From the NCBI GenBank assembly GCA_050952625.1, contig JBMNLH010000001.1:448001-512000 (forward strand): a DNA stretch of 64,000 bases. Direction: 5' to 3'. The position numbers and the translations under genes are program-made. Shown in pieces: positions 51,199 through 61,434 of this stretch; position 1 is the first letter of the stretch, and each line of letters begins with the position of its first letter. This DNA is from Bacillota bacterium. GTDB taxonomy: Bacteria; Bacillota; Ch66; Ch109. Under the pieces are notes generated by a model, which did not search any database, was not told where the DNA came from, and saw only the letters and a list, made by a program, of their open reading frames with translations.

Positions 51199-54100
51199 AT
51201 GATGAAATGGAATAATGTTCTAGACAGATTAAATGAGATTATCCAAGTTGATGTTATGGCTGACGAAGAATGGGACTTTATGGCCACACACATGCCCTTT
51301 AATCGGCTGGCCGTCCAATTCTCCGGGCTTACCAAGGCAACTGCGGATGAGATGAGCGAAGAAGAAATATACCAGCAACTGGTTTATAACCCCAACGATG
51401 AACACCGGATGATTATTGTCCGCGGCCCCAACGGGGCCGGTAAATCACACTTAATTCGTTGGATTCGTTCCCGGTTGAACAGCGATAAGCACAATGAAAC
51501 CATTAAAGCTGAAAAAATTGTATTTATAAGACGAATTGATAATACTTTGCGGGGTGCTATGCGGCAACTGATTGAGCAGGATGTCGTTAGCGATCCAGTC
51601 CAGAAAGAGCGCATGTTGACCTTTATTCAAAGTAGCGATGCTCAAAGTGAAGGGGAACTCAAGTCCTCTATTTACTTCCAATTTGTTACGAAAATTGAAA
51701 ATGAAGAAGAAGAAAGCAGTTATAAAGCTGCGGAACGAAAAAGGTTAGTTACCTTCTTGCTTGATGATACGATCAGAAACTATCTTATGCGTGAAGAAGG
51801 CCCCATTACCCGCTTTTATGAACTTATTGCCCGTCCCCATGGGAGTGCTCAAGGCATTGAGGCCACTTTTAAACCGGAAGATTTTACTTCCATGCGTTCT
51901 ATCATGGCGGATGTGCAGCGTAATGGTAATAATGAAACCAGACGTGTGTTTGCCGAAGTCAAGGAGTTAAAGGGTGCCGAAAAGCTATCTACTTATCTTA
52001 ACCGTTTTGCCCATGCCGTAATCCAAACCTGCGCTAATATTGCTCAGGGTGATGCAGAAGAAATGTTCCGACAATTAAGACTTGACCTCAAACGGGAAGG
52101 GAAAGCCCTTACCGTACTGATAGAGGATATGACAACTTTTACTGGCATAGATTCGGAATTGATAAAGATATTATCCGTCCAGCATGGCGGTGAGTATAAA
52201 GATTTATGCCGGGTTACTTCCGTCATCGGTATCACTGATGCTTATTACGAAGCCCACTTTATGGGAAATTTCCAAAATCGTGTTACTCATCAGATAAGTG
52301 TTGATAGCAACGCTTTTGGCAGTGAAGAAACATTAGCGCAGATGGCAGCCCGGTACATTAACGCTGCCTACATGACCCGACAGGAAGTTATTGACTGGTA
52401 CAAACAAGGGGCGGAAGCAGCACAGTTGCCTTATCGTACCTGGGAGCCGGACTTTGGTTGGGAAACGGTAGATGTGGCTGGTCAGGCATTTTCACTATTT
52501 CCATTTACTAAGAGAGCATTATCTGACCTATTTAGCCGGTTGCCCGAAAAGACCCCTCGCTTCTTTATCCGTGACATCATCCGTACGCAAATGAGTGCCT
52601 GGGTAGGTTTTCAACTTAAGCAGCGAGATTTCCCCAATATAGCAACAAGTGCTGTTGGGGAAAGACCCATCCAATTTGCAGAAATGCAGCACGCGGCTCG
52701 TTTTGATACGTTGCCTTTTTCCAACGAAGAAAAGGCTCGTTTAAGAGCATTGCTTTGTATTTGGGGCGATGGCCGGTTTCATGAAACTGGTGACGGTGAG
52801 AATAAAGTGATCGGTGGTTTACCGATTAAATATCTGCAACTTTTAGGATTTAATGAATTATCCGGTATCCGTTCAGAAGCAACAGCACAACCGATTATTC
52901 AAAACCCTATAAAGCCCGTGCCGAAAACTCCACCGGTTCCCGTTGAAGTATCAGGCCGAAACAAAAAGTATCAGAACGACCTGGATGATATTGAGAATTG
53001 GTATCAAAACAAGGCTGTTTTGTCTAATTCTGAAGATGCCCGTAGGCGTATTTATGAATTTATAATTGAAGCGATCAATTGGCAGATGGAAGGCGTTCCT
53101 GCCTACCTAGTTAATAACAGATTGAATACGCGAAGCATATATATTGAAGGTCAACGACAGCGTAGTCCAGACAGAGAGCAAGCCATGGTAGTTATAGACC
53201 GTAATAATGAAGCATACTGGCTATTGCTTGCCCTTACCCATTGGGGACATAACACCCGCAGTTGGGACTTTAAAGATTCTGCCTTTATGCAGTTCAAGCT
53301 TATTTCATGGCTCGAAAAACACAAGATGGAGATTATTACTCGAATCAAGGGTGAACCAGAGACACCACCCTCTTCTATTCTTCAATGGTCTATGGCCTTA
53401 GAGTATTTGCGGCTTGGAATGAGTGGCAGTCTATCATATACCGAAAATAGCGAAACCTTGATGAAAAAGTTGTTTGCTGGTTCTGTATCATTAGTTCATC
53501 CGCGTAGCGATGATAATGGGGCCTGGAATCGGCTGCTGAAAAATATTAATCAAAATTCTGAGGAGTTGAGTAAAAATAAAAAGCTCCTCGTGGCCTTACC
53601 GAATACTCACATGGGGAGTGTGGCGAGGCAAGGAGAGATCAAGAAACATCTCTATCATCGAGATGCAATTGATGATGCCTTCAATGTCCTGAAACAACTT
53701 GACTGGGATGCTACTTCTCTACTGCCCAATATAGATATTGATAAAGGAGAGTTGCATACCAATGCGGCTAAACTGTTACAATCTTTATTACCTGGCGTAA
53801 AAGAAGTGTTAATTGACGAAAAGCGTAAGGCTACAGAATTATTAGAGCAATTGAAGAATGAGCTTGGTGATGACCTTGGTCGAGATACTTGGATCAATGC
53901 GTCAAGGGATATAATAGCCTTCCTTACCTTATATAACACCAAGTATGGCGGTTCGTATCCAGGTCCTCTGCGCGAAAGAGCGGCCAAAATTGAAGAGAAT
54001 GCTACTCTGCTTGCCCGATTATGTAGAAGAGCAGCAGAGGTGGTAGGCGGCAATAAATTCTCTTTGGAGCTTGCCTTCTTCTCGACAGACCCCTGTCAAA

Positions 54101-54294
54101 CAATGAAAGATGCGCTAAACACCATCCGAGAAGTCGAAAAGCTAGCTAATGATGCTGCGGTCAAAGCTGAGAGTGATCTAGCTAAACTACGCCAGACAGC
54201 AGCCGTAGATAACACGAAATTTGATACTCTTAAAGACGGTTTGATAAGGCTCATTGAGCGTATGGGGCAGTTTGGAGGTGAGAATAATGCTTAA
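51199..54294 (+). CDS. dpdH: Large P-loop ATPase, DpdH-like
   Basis: Walker A GPNGAGKSHLIRW, Walker B LTVLIEDM, ARYINA, LFPFT, TPRFFIR; 1031 aa. Confidence 0.72.
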   Translation: MMKWNNVLDRLNEIIQVDVMADEEWDFMATHMPFNRLAVQFSGLTKATADEMSEEEIYQQLVYNPNDEHRMIIVRGPNGAGKSHLIRWIRSRLNSDKHNETIKAEKIVFIRRIDNTLRGAMRQLIEQDVVSDPVQKERMLTFIQSSDAQSEGELKSSIYFQFVTKIENEEEESSYKAAERKRLVTFLLDDTIRNYLMREEGPITRFYELIARPHGSAQGIEATFKPEDFTSMRSIMADVQRNGNNETRRVFAEVKELKGAEKLSTYLNRFAHAVIQTCANIAQGDAEEMFRQLRLDLKREGKALTVLIEDMTTFTGIDSELIKILSVQHGGEYKDLCRVTSVIGITDAYYEAHFMGNFQNRVTHQISVDSNAFGSEETLAQMAARYINAAYMTRQEVIDWYKQGAEAAQLPYRTWEPDFGWETVDVAGQAFSLFPFTKRALSDLFSRLPEKTPRFFIRDIIRTQMSAWVGFQLKQRDFPNIATSAVGERPIQFAEMQHAARFDTLPFSNEEKARLRALLCIWGDGRFHETGDGENKVIGGLPIKYLQLLGFNELSGIRSEATAQPIIQNPIKPVPKTPPVPVEVSGRNKKYQNDLDDIENWYQNKAVLSNSEDARRRIYEFIIEAINWQMEGVPAYLVNNRLNTRSIYIEGQRQRSPDREQAMVVIDRNNEAYWLLLALTHWGHNTRSWDFKDSAFMQFKLISWLEKHKMEIITRIKGEPETPPSSILQWSMALEYLRLGMSGSLSYTENSETLMKKLFAGSVSLVHPRSDDNGAWNRLLKNINQNSEELSKNKKLLVALPNTHMGSVARQGEIKKHLYHRDAIDDAFNVLKQLDWDATSLLPNIDIDKGELHTNAAKLLQSLLPGVKEVLIDEKRKATELLEQLKNELGDDLGRDTWINASRDIIAFLTLYNTKYGGSYPGPLRERAAKIEENATLLARLCRRAAEVVGGNKFSLELAFFSTDPCQTMKDALNTIREVEKLANDAAVKAESDLAKLRQTAAVDNTKFDTLKDGLIRLIERMGQFGGENNA

Positions 54295-54952
54295 GGATAT
54301 CCTGGAGAATGCGCAAACAAGACTGGAAACAACACATACTGCGCAGACCCGGGTAAGGGATAATGATCTTTTTGTTAAAAATCTGGATAAAGTGTTGGTC
54401 GCGGCCAACAGCCTGGAATTATACTTAAACACGGCTGCTGCCGCGGAAGCGAATCGGTTAATGAATGTTTCACTTGATGCCATTATCCGAAACGACATTA
54501 TAACTACACTGCAGATGGTGCTTTCCCAAATATATGAAGGTTACTTGGAAACAGCATCCGTTTCAAGTGTTAGCAAAAATGTCGCTAATTTCAAGAAACA
54601 CCTGGATTCGTTATGGGTAAGCTCTCAAAAAAGCGCAACAGAGCAGGTTGTATCGTTGCTTAAGACGTTTAAGCAATTTATGCCTAACGAATATGAGGCC
54701 AATAATATTATCAACAATTTAGAAAAAGCTTTAACTGGCCTTCCAGCTAGTGTTAATAATGTAAATGCTTTTTCGGCCAACCTTCAAAAGGCCCGTCAAA
54801 TGGTAGAACAAATTGGAGCTGATGAGGAAACTCAAGCTTTCATCCAGAAGGTACTTGATAAACAGGCTACGCTTGCTGATATAACACCTAACGTTTTGGC
54901 ATGGATTTACAAACATGATATTACTAGGAGATTAAAAATAAGCCTTGTTTGA
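54287..54952 (+). CDS. Helical DpdI-like protein
   Basis: GGAGGTG RBS, overlaps the end of the DpdH-like gene; 221 aa, predicted all-helical; C-terminal ATLADITP.VL.W. Confidence 0.5.
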   Translation: MLKDILENAQTRLETTHTAQTRVRDNDLFVKNLDKVLVAANSLELYLNTAAAAEANRLMNVSLDAIIRNDIITTLQMVLSQIYEGYLETASVSSVSKNVANFKKHLDSLWVSSQKSATEQVVSLLKTFKQFMPNEYEANNIINNLEKALTGLPASVNNVNAFSANLQKARQMVEQIGADEETQAFIQKVLDKQATLADITPNVLAWIYKHDITRRLKISLV

Positions 54953-55632
54953 TTTTTAGGGAAATTTTGGGTAGATCGATAAGTGTTAAGAAATCCATGG
55001 TATAGTAGAGGAGAATAAATTTCTAGGAGTAAAGAAAATCGTGTCAATTGGCAAAAATTCTAGGCACCTTGCCATACTCGAACTGGAAAATGGATCAAGA
55101 CAAAGAATTACATATAAATCCTTGCGTGAGTTTTGGGAATATGCCCGCTTTGAAGAGAAAGAGCCTTCCTGAACATAACGCCATTTATTCAAATATAAAG
55201 ATTATGGTATTGACCAAATGGCATGTGAAACTAACGCTGACGAAGAAATAGTTAATAGATGTGGCTTGCTAGGTCTGTTCCATTTCTGAAGGAAGAAATG
55301 TAATATACGCACATGATGCTTGTCATTATGCTGAAATTATTTTCGATGAAATAAGGCTTATACGAATGGGGAAAAGGGCGAGTATTGGTGAATCGCTTTT
55401 AGGTGACCCTGTGAGTCATGGGAGGGTCGCCACCAGAGAGCGAGTGGATTCCAACGGCCAAAATAAGCCTAAAACATAAAGATGCTTATTCAGGTTATCC
55501 TTGCCCATCCAATATATTCATAAATGATGATAATACCCATGCAACTGGTTTTGATCAAAGTGAAATCTAAGAAAAACCAAGAAACATGAGAAAACCTGAG
55601 AAAACCTTAGATTAAAGAGGGAGGGAATAAAG

Positions 55633-56274
55633 TTGAAAAAAAAAGAGACAAAAAATATTGCGGTAAAGTGTAATTGGAACGACGCTGGTTATAAATGGAT
55701 ATGTAGCGATGCTGCATATCGTTACAATATAAAAAACAAAAATAAGTGGTGCTCTAATGAATACTGTGGTTGTCGGGAATTTGTCGAATTTGATAAATTT
55801 GCTTTCCCATGTTTTGATAGTGTAATATTTCGTGATTATTGTGTGCGTATATCTGGTAGCCCTTGGAGAATAAAAAATACCGAGGAAGGTAAAATAGCGT
55901 TACTTACTACTAGAGACCCTGATTGTATAGAAGAGGATAGATTTATATTCGGCTTTTTATATATTGAAGATTTATATGAAACTGATGAAAATGGGTATCT
56001 ATGTACTGAGGTTTATGGTAATAAAAACAAATCGTTAAAAATTGATGATCACATTATGAGATATATGAAATTTTGGGACTATTACGAAAATGCTAATTCA
56101 TATAAAATGCATTGGGGCTCAGGTCTTTTCCGTTACGTAGAGAATGTAGCAATTTATAGATTTTTATGTGATTTAGAAGAGAATTATGAAAAATACGAAG
56201 GAGATAAAGCTGTTTTACCTATTATTAAAGAGCTTATTCAAGAATACAGGGGATATTATGTAGATGAATGTTGA
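55633..56274 (+). CDS. Cys-rich hypothetical protein
   Basis: GGAGGG RBS, TTG start; KCNWND..ICSD..WCS..CGC..FPC; LTTR.P..EEDRFIFG; FWDYY; WGSGLFRY. Confidence 0.7.
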   Translation: MKKKETKNIAVKCNWNDAGYKWICSDAAYRYNIKNKNKWCSNEYCGCREFVEFDKFAFPCFDSVIFRDYCVRISGSPWRIKNTEEGKIALLTTRDPDCIEEDRFIFGFLYIEDLYETDENGYLCTEVYGNKNKSLKIDDHIMRYMKFWDYYENANSYKMHWGSGLFRYVENVAIYRFLCDLEENYEKYEGDKAVLPIIKELIQEYRGYYVDEC

Positions 56275-56450
56275 TCGTTGATTTTACTTATTGGTGGGAA
56301 ATCAATAAAATGTTTAAATTGCTTTGCATTACCCTATCCTTCTGGCGAGTAAGAGCCATTAATAGTCTAACCAAAACTTAATCAGGAAAAACCATTTACA
56401 CTAAAGGATGCTCACACCCCCTATTTATTTCCCTTCTTTCATTCTGATTA

Positions 56451-57593
56451 TTAATTTGTAGTATTTTTAATATACTCCAAGAGCTTATTAAAATCTATAC
56501 TATGATTACTTGACCACGATAATCGCAGCGCACTATTTATAATCTCATCACTTAGCCCCATGGCAGTCAGGACATGGCTTGGCGTATAGCTGCCGGAATT
56601 ACATGCCGAGCCATTAGAAATAGCGTAATCATTTTTCAGAGCGGCGAATACACTTTCGGAGTCCACTCCGATGAAGCTGATATTGATAACATTAGGTAGG
56701 CAATAATTCTGATCACCATTTATAACGTAGTTTAAACCCTCAATAGCTTTGAAAAGTTTTTCTTTTACCTGCTGGCAATTTTTAAGCCATGAGGCATGTT
56801 CCTTTTCAGCCAGTTCCGCAGCATAGGCCAGGCCTGCAACAAGAGGTACTGGTGTAGTGCCGGGTCGGAATCCATATTCTTGCTTTCCTCCATAGAACAA
56901 TGGTTTTATGGGGGGTCTTTTATATTTTTTTCTTTTTAATACAAGCCCGCCAACGCCCTGGGGGCCTTTTATTTTATGACCGCTTAAGCTCAGCATATTA
57001 TACTTGGCTGTGCGCAGCTCATCATTAAGTTTTCCGAAAGATTGGGCTGCGTCAACATGAAACAGGACATCTTTTTTATCCAGCTCAAGGCCAATCTCTG
57101 AGATTGGCTGAATGATACCGGTTTCATTGTTAACGTGCATTACTGATACCAGCAAGGTATCCGGCCTCACTTTCGACAATACATCCTCAGCCTTTATGCG
57201 TCCAGAGGTATCGGGATAAACAATATCCAACTCAAATCCCTTGCTCACCAAATGGTGCATTGGTTCTAGCACAGCTTTATGTTCGATAGCGGTTGTTATT
57301 AGGTGTTTCTTGCCGGTTTCAAGGCCATAATCCATCAAACCAAGAATCGCCATGTTGTTGCTTTCCGTCGCCCCGCTGGTAAATATCACCTCGGACTTAT
57401 CGATGGCAAGTATATCACCCAAAGTCCTGCGCGCCCGTTCTACCACTTCCTTCGCTCTGGTCCCAAATAAATGAGTACGGCTATCTGCATTGCCATAAAT
57501 ATCGGTAAATATCCGGGTGACTTCTTCAAGTACCCGCGGGTCTATCGGGGCAGAAGCATTGTAATCAAGATAAATTGGCATAAGATCACTCAT
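56451..57593 (-). CDS. dndA: Cysteine desulfurase of the DNA phosphorothioation operon (DndA/IscS-like)
   Basis: YLDYNASAP, FTSGATESNN, EHKAV, HVDAAQ, SGHK, SNGSACNSG; translationally coupled to dndE. Confidence 0.9.
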   Translation of the reverse strand: MSDLMPIYLDYNASAPIDPRVLEEVTRIFTDIYGNADSRTHLFGTRAKEVVERARRTLGDILAIDKSEVIFTSGATESNNMAILGLMDYGLETGKKHLITTAIEHKAVLEPMHHLVSKGFELDIVYPDTSGRIKAEDVLSKVRPDTLLVSVMHVNNETGIIQPISEIGLELDKKDVLFHVDAAQSFGKLNDELRTAKYNMLSLSGHKIKGPQGVGGLVLKRKKYKRPPIKPLFYGGKQEYGFRPGTTPVPLVAGLAYAAELAEKEHASWLKNCQQVKEKLFKAIEGLNYVINGDQNYCLPNVINISFIGVDSESVFAALKNDYAISNGSACNSGSYTPSHVLTAMGLSDEIINSALRLSWSSNHSIDFNKLLEYIKNTTN

Positions 57594-57973
57594 TTCTTTG
57601 AAAGTACTAACTCCAGAAGTTCTTGGCTGTTTTTGGGGCCATTTTTCGATGCGAGATAATTAATCCCTCTATTTAGATGCTGCCTAAAATACCTAGCAAT
57701 TGTGGTCTGATCTGTGTCAAAACCATCTTCTTTACAGCGTTGTCTAACTATTGCCTCATATATTTCGTGGCATTCACCGCCGAATGTATGCCAGCTCATT
57801 TCAACATTACTGTCAGAGGGTATGTCGGGCCCAGTTGGTATTGTGGGATTCTCCAATGACAAACATAAAGCCCAACGGCAAAGCACATTCCATTGGGAAA
57901 TACCTGTTTTAGATTTAAGCCGGATAAGCTTTTCTTTCTCCTGTTGTGATAGTCTTATCTGCTTTAAGATCAT
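57590..57973 (-). CDS. dndE: DNA sulfur modification protein DndE
   Basis: IRLSQQEKEKLIRLK.KTGI.QWNVLCRWALCLSL, SNVEMSW.TFGG, FRQHLNRGI. Confidence 0.92.
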   Translation of the reverse strand: MILKQIRLSQQEKEKLIRLKSKTGISQWNVLCRWALCLSLENPTIPTGPDIPSDSNVEMSWHTFGGECHEIYEAIVRQRCKEDGFDTDQTTIARYFRQHLNRGINYLASKNGPKNSQELLELVLSKK

Positions 57974-59949
57974 TGAACTATCCCTCCAAAGTACCCGGTC
58001 CGAATAGATGTACATTGATTCTGTTCATTGTAGTCCAACAGGAATACCTTATTCAAATATGGTTCTATAAGCTCATAGTACTTTCCATTGATTTCTTCAT
58101 CGGTTGAAAGGACAATGACCTGTTTGCTAGCATAGGGGAAGTAATTTTTCAGGATATTGGTCCGGTGGTTTGAATCCAATCTGCCCAATGGTGTATCAAC
58201 AATAACCGGCATTTGGTATCCCGAGCAATTTGCCAAACCCCATAGGATTGATACCGCAAATATTTGCTTCTCACCAGCTGAAAGTTGATTTTTAAGTAAT
58301 TCACTGCCGAGGTAATCAATAAGCCTAATATCCAATGTTTCAGGATTAATCTCAATTTTTTGAATCAGGCTTTCTTTTTGGGCAATAAAGGTAAAGCAGT
58401 CAAATATCTGTTGTTCAAGTTGCTTAACCCGCCTCTGTTGCAGGCGTACTTTAAAGGCTTCCATGACCTCAATAGTCATGGAAGCATATTTAATCATGCG
58501 CATAGCTTCATCTTGGCCTTGCTCGTCAAGCTTAACCATCTTAAGGGCTGCCTTGCGCCGGCTTTCAAACATTTCTTGACGTTTTAATAGCGTCTGCTGC
58601 TTTTCTTCTTCAACATGAATTTGCGTCTCAAGTTGGATAATTCTTTGGGTCAATTGGCGCATTTTATCCCAAATGTCTTTGACATCAGTTGACTCAACAT
58701 CATAATTCAAATGTAATTCCAATTGTTGAATTTGATTATCCAGGTCTTTAATACTTACAATGAGCTTATGAACGTCTTCCAATTGTTTAGTCGCTTGGCC
58801 GATAATTGTAGAAAAGATGCTTTGCGCAACGGGGGCGAGTTCAGGTAATTCACCACCAGCATAACTATGCCGCAATTCGCTTTGTGCTCTGATTAAAAAG
58901 TCTAAGATCACTTTTTGTGCAGGCTGTTCAAGGGCTGATGCCGTCAGCAGCTCTTTAAGCCGTTCAATAATCGTGCTGGAGTACTTGGCAGACCGTAAAC
59001 GATCATCTTGTTGTACCTGATTGTAGGTGCGTTCAAGTAGAGGCTGACAAATCAATAATGGCGTCATAGCGCGATTTACCAACTCTTTGACCTCTTCCTT
59101 TTTGGTCAATAACAATTCATTGAGCCGATTCTTTTCTGCCTCAATTTTTTCACGCTTTAGGCGAAGATTACCGCCTTGGCTCCAAAAAATGTTTTCCAGA
59201 TCAGCATACTGTTTACGGGCCTGGCCAACTTCGCGATTTAAACGGCCGGTCAGAGCAACCGACTCCGCAATATCTTTTTCACATTGCTCAATCCCCTGTT
59301 GGGCTTCTATCATTTTTTGATAAGCCTCAGACTGTACCGAAGAATTATTGTTAATACTGACCCGTTTTATGAGCTTCTTCATGTCGTTAATCAACTGGTC
59401 TACTGTAGTTAGTCCCAGGAGTAATTTGATCGAGTCTTTAACACTTTCATAGCTGTTATCATCGGCAATTTGAGCTATCTTCTCGTTATCAAAGAAGAAA
59501 AAGCGGGAAATACTCAACGGCAGAATTTCCTCAACGTAGTAATCCCAGTTTTCCGAAAGGTATGGATCTTTTATGCCATTTTTATAGGCGGTAAAGTTAT
59601 CGGTTACAATGTTTTTCCTAATTGACCAATAACGTTGAATAGTAATCGTATCTTCACTGTTTTCGTCTTTTAACAGGGTTAATGTAATAGAGGTTTGTTG
59701 GTCATCTGCACTTTTATTCACATGATGTCTCAAATACTCAGAATAACTGATGCGTTCATCCTGTAAAAATCGCAATGCCCGGCGACCATATAAAACTAAA
59801 AAAACAGCCTCGAGCAGGGTAGTTTTGCCTCGGCCATTAAGGCCGCCTATTAATGTAATTGTCCGACTGCCCGTGCACCTTGGAAATTCAATTACATGAT
59901 AGCCTTTATATAAACCGTAGTTAAGCAATTCAATTTTTTTAAGCAACAT
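57970..59949 (-). CDS. dndD: DNA sulfur modification protein DndD (SMC-like ATPase)
   Basis: GGLNGRGKTT, FFFFDNEKI, long coiled coil, LSAGEKQI, VDTPLGRLDS.HR, LSTDEEI. Confidence 0.92.
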   Translation of the reverse strand: MLLKKIELLNYGLYKGYHVIEFPRCTGSRTITLIGGLNGRGKTTLLEAVFLVLYGRRALRFLQDERISYSEYLRHHVNKSADDQQTSITLTLLKDENSEDTITIQRYWSIRKNIVTDNFTAYKNGIKDPYLSENWDYYVEEILPLSISRFFFFDNEKIAQIADDNSYESVKDSIKLLLGLTTVDQLINDMKKLIKRVSINNNSSVQSEAYQKMIEAQQGIEQCEKDIAESVALTGRLNREVGQARKQYADLENIFWSQGGNLRLKREKIEAEKNRLNELLLTKKEEVKELVNRAMTPLLICQPLLERTYNQVQQDDRLRSAKYSSTIIERLKELLTASALEQPAQKVILDFLIRAQSELRHSYAGGELPELAPVAQSIFSTIIGQATKQLEDVHKLIVSIKDLDNQIQQLELHLNYDVESTDVKDIWDKMRQLTQRIIQLETQIHVEEEKQQTLLKRQEMFESRRKAALKMVKLDEQGQDEAMRMIKYASMTIEVMEAFKVRLQQRRVKQLEQQIFDCFTFIAQKESLIQKIEINPETLDIRLIDYLGSELLKNQLSAGEKQIFAVSILWGLANCSGYQMPVIVDTPLGRLDSNHRTNILKNYFPYASKQVIVLSTDEEINGKYYELIEPYLNKVFLLDYNEQNQCTSIRTGYFGGIVQ

Positions 59950-59954
59950 ACTGA

Positions 59955-61434
59955 TTACCCTCCGCTTTCATCAGTCGCAACACGTGAGGGTTCGTTAATC
60001 GGTTCTTGATACTTCTTGTAGAATACCAAAGCATCTTCTTCGTTTTTAAAGAAGGCACGTTTAATTGCCCCTTCCAAGCTTTTATTAATACCCCGACGAG
60101 TGGCCTGCATATCAAAACGTGATTCAATATCCAGTAAAGTGCTTTGCATTTCTAATAACAATTCTTCATCCGGATACAGTTCCCGGCATACTTCCGCTAA
60201 AATAGTCCATTCAGCCTGACCAAAATACTTATTGCCTGGCATGGCTGGGTCAATAAATTTTTCTCCGGTTACTTCCTGATAAATTCGCGGTAGTGTATCC
60301 TCAAACTCATGCTTTTCGTTAAGCCATATCTGGCGAATAGCCCGGAGCTCGTCCAATGTGATTAGCGGATGGGTTTCTACTTCTTTGGGGCCTTCATGCT
60401 TAATATATTGGTTAACTTCAAGTAACCGACGAAGCAAATACTCTCTTGTTTTCTTAGTATACGGGCCATGAACCAGCCTGCCGTTATGATACGTCAAACG
60501 GCCGTCCTTGCGGCGAAAATCGCGTCGCTGTCGATCTATTTCGTTGTTAGCAGCTATTTCGTTGCGAAAGTCTAGCAATGGCAACATCCAGGCTTTTTCT
60601 TCGTCGTTCTGCACCATTGCGGCCATAGATTTATCTTCGGCGACCAAAGTGCAGACCCAACAGCCGAATCGGCTATTCCCACAGCTTGGTGTATCTGTAT
60701 CTAGGACCAACGGACATTCACCATCGGCTGATGCACCGCGATACATTGCCAGTAATTCCTTGTTAGAATGTCCCCATGGATTAGGATGCTGCATCAAATA
60801 CTGCCATACATTATCGTTTGTCCATTCCTGGATGGGAGAAAAAACATAGGAATTGATCATCGAACCATTTGGACTAAGATGTTCCCGGACTCGACGACGC
60901 TCGTAGCTTTCCATTAACGCTTTACGGGCTGAACTTTCAGCTTTGCGCGTTCCCAACACCAAGATGACCTCGCCAGCAGCCGATATAATATTTTCTATGA
61001 AATTGTTGGCGGGATTTATTTTTAAGCGAGTAGTACACCAACGAAAACTATGACGCGGGTATGGGTAGCCTCGGCCTATTAAATTAACCCAATAGGTATC
61101 ATTGATTGCGGGGGTTAATCGATGAACTTGGATGGGCATTCCTTTTTCATTAGCTGCTGTACGTAGCCTTTTCAAGGATTGTTCAACCCACGCGGCAACT
61201 ACAGGTGACTCAACCAAAGTATCGGTACTGATAACATGAATAGGCTTATGGTTTCGTTGTTTTTCTGGCAACTGGGAAATGGCATTCCAGACAAGCTGTA
61301 ACGTTTGCCGTGGAATCTTTCCCCCCACTATAGCCACAAACCCATGGAATAGAGTCTTCCAGATATAATCGCTGGATGAGATCAGTGAGGTTGATGACAT
61401 CCTGTTTGGTTAGAATTTGCACTGTCATAGCCAT
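59955..61434 (-). CDS. dndC: DNA phosphorothioation sulfurtransferase DndC, split by a +1 A at 61304-61306 (probable sequencing error)
   Basis: PWVCGYSGGKDST; removing one base gives KDSTATLQLVW; DTLVESP, RWCT.RLKI.P, GTRKAES, ECP, SCGNSRFGCWVCT. Confidence 0.92.

Noticed and set aside
44633-54952. Effector operon as DndFGH, DISARM or BREX
   Set aside because: No methyltransferase, PglZ, PLD, DUF1998 helicase or HerA-like DndH features; sizes, motifs and order fit DpdE-I better.
54986-55251. Short ORFs after the DpdI-like gene as dpdJ/K remnants
   Set aside because: No helicase or HKD motifs; at most a start-less fragment of an unrelated gene.
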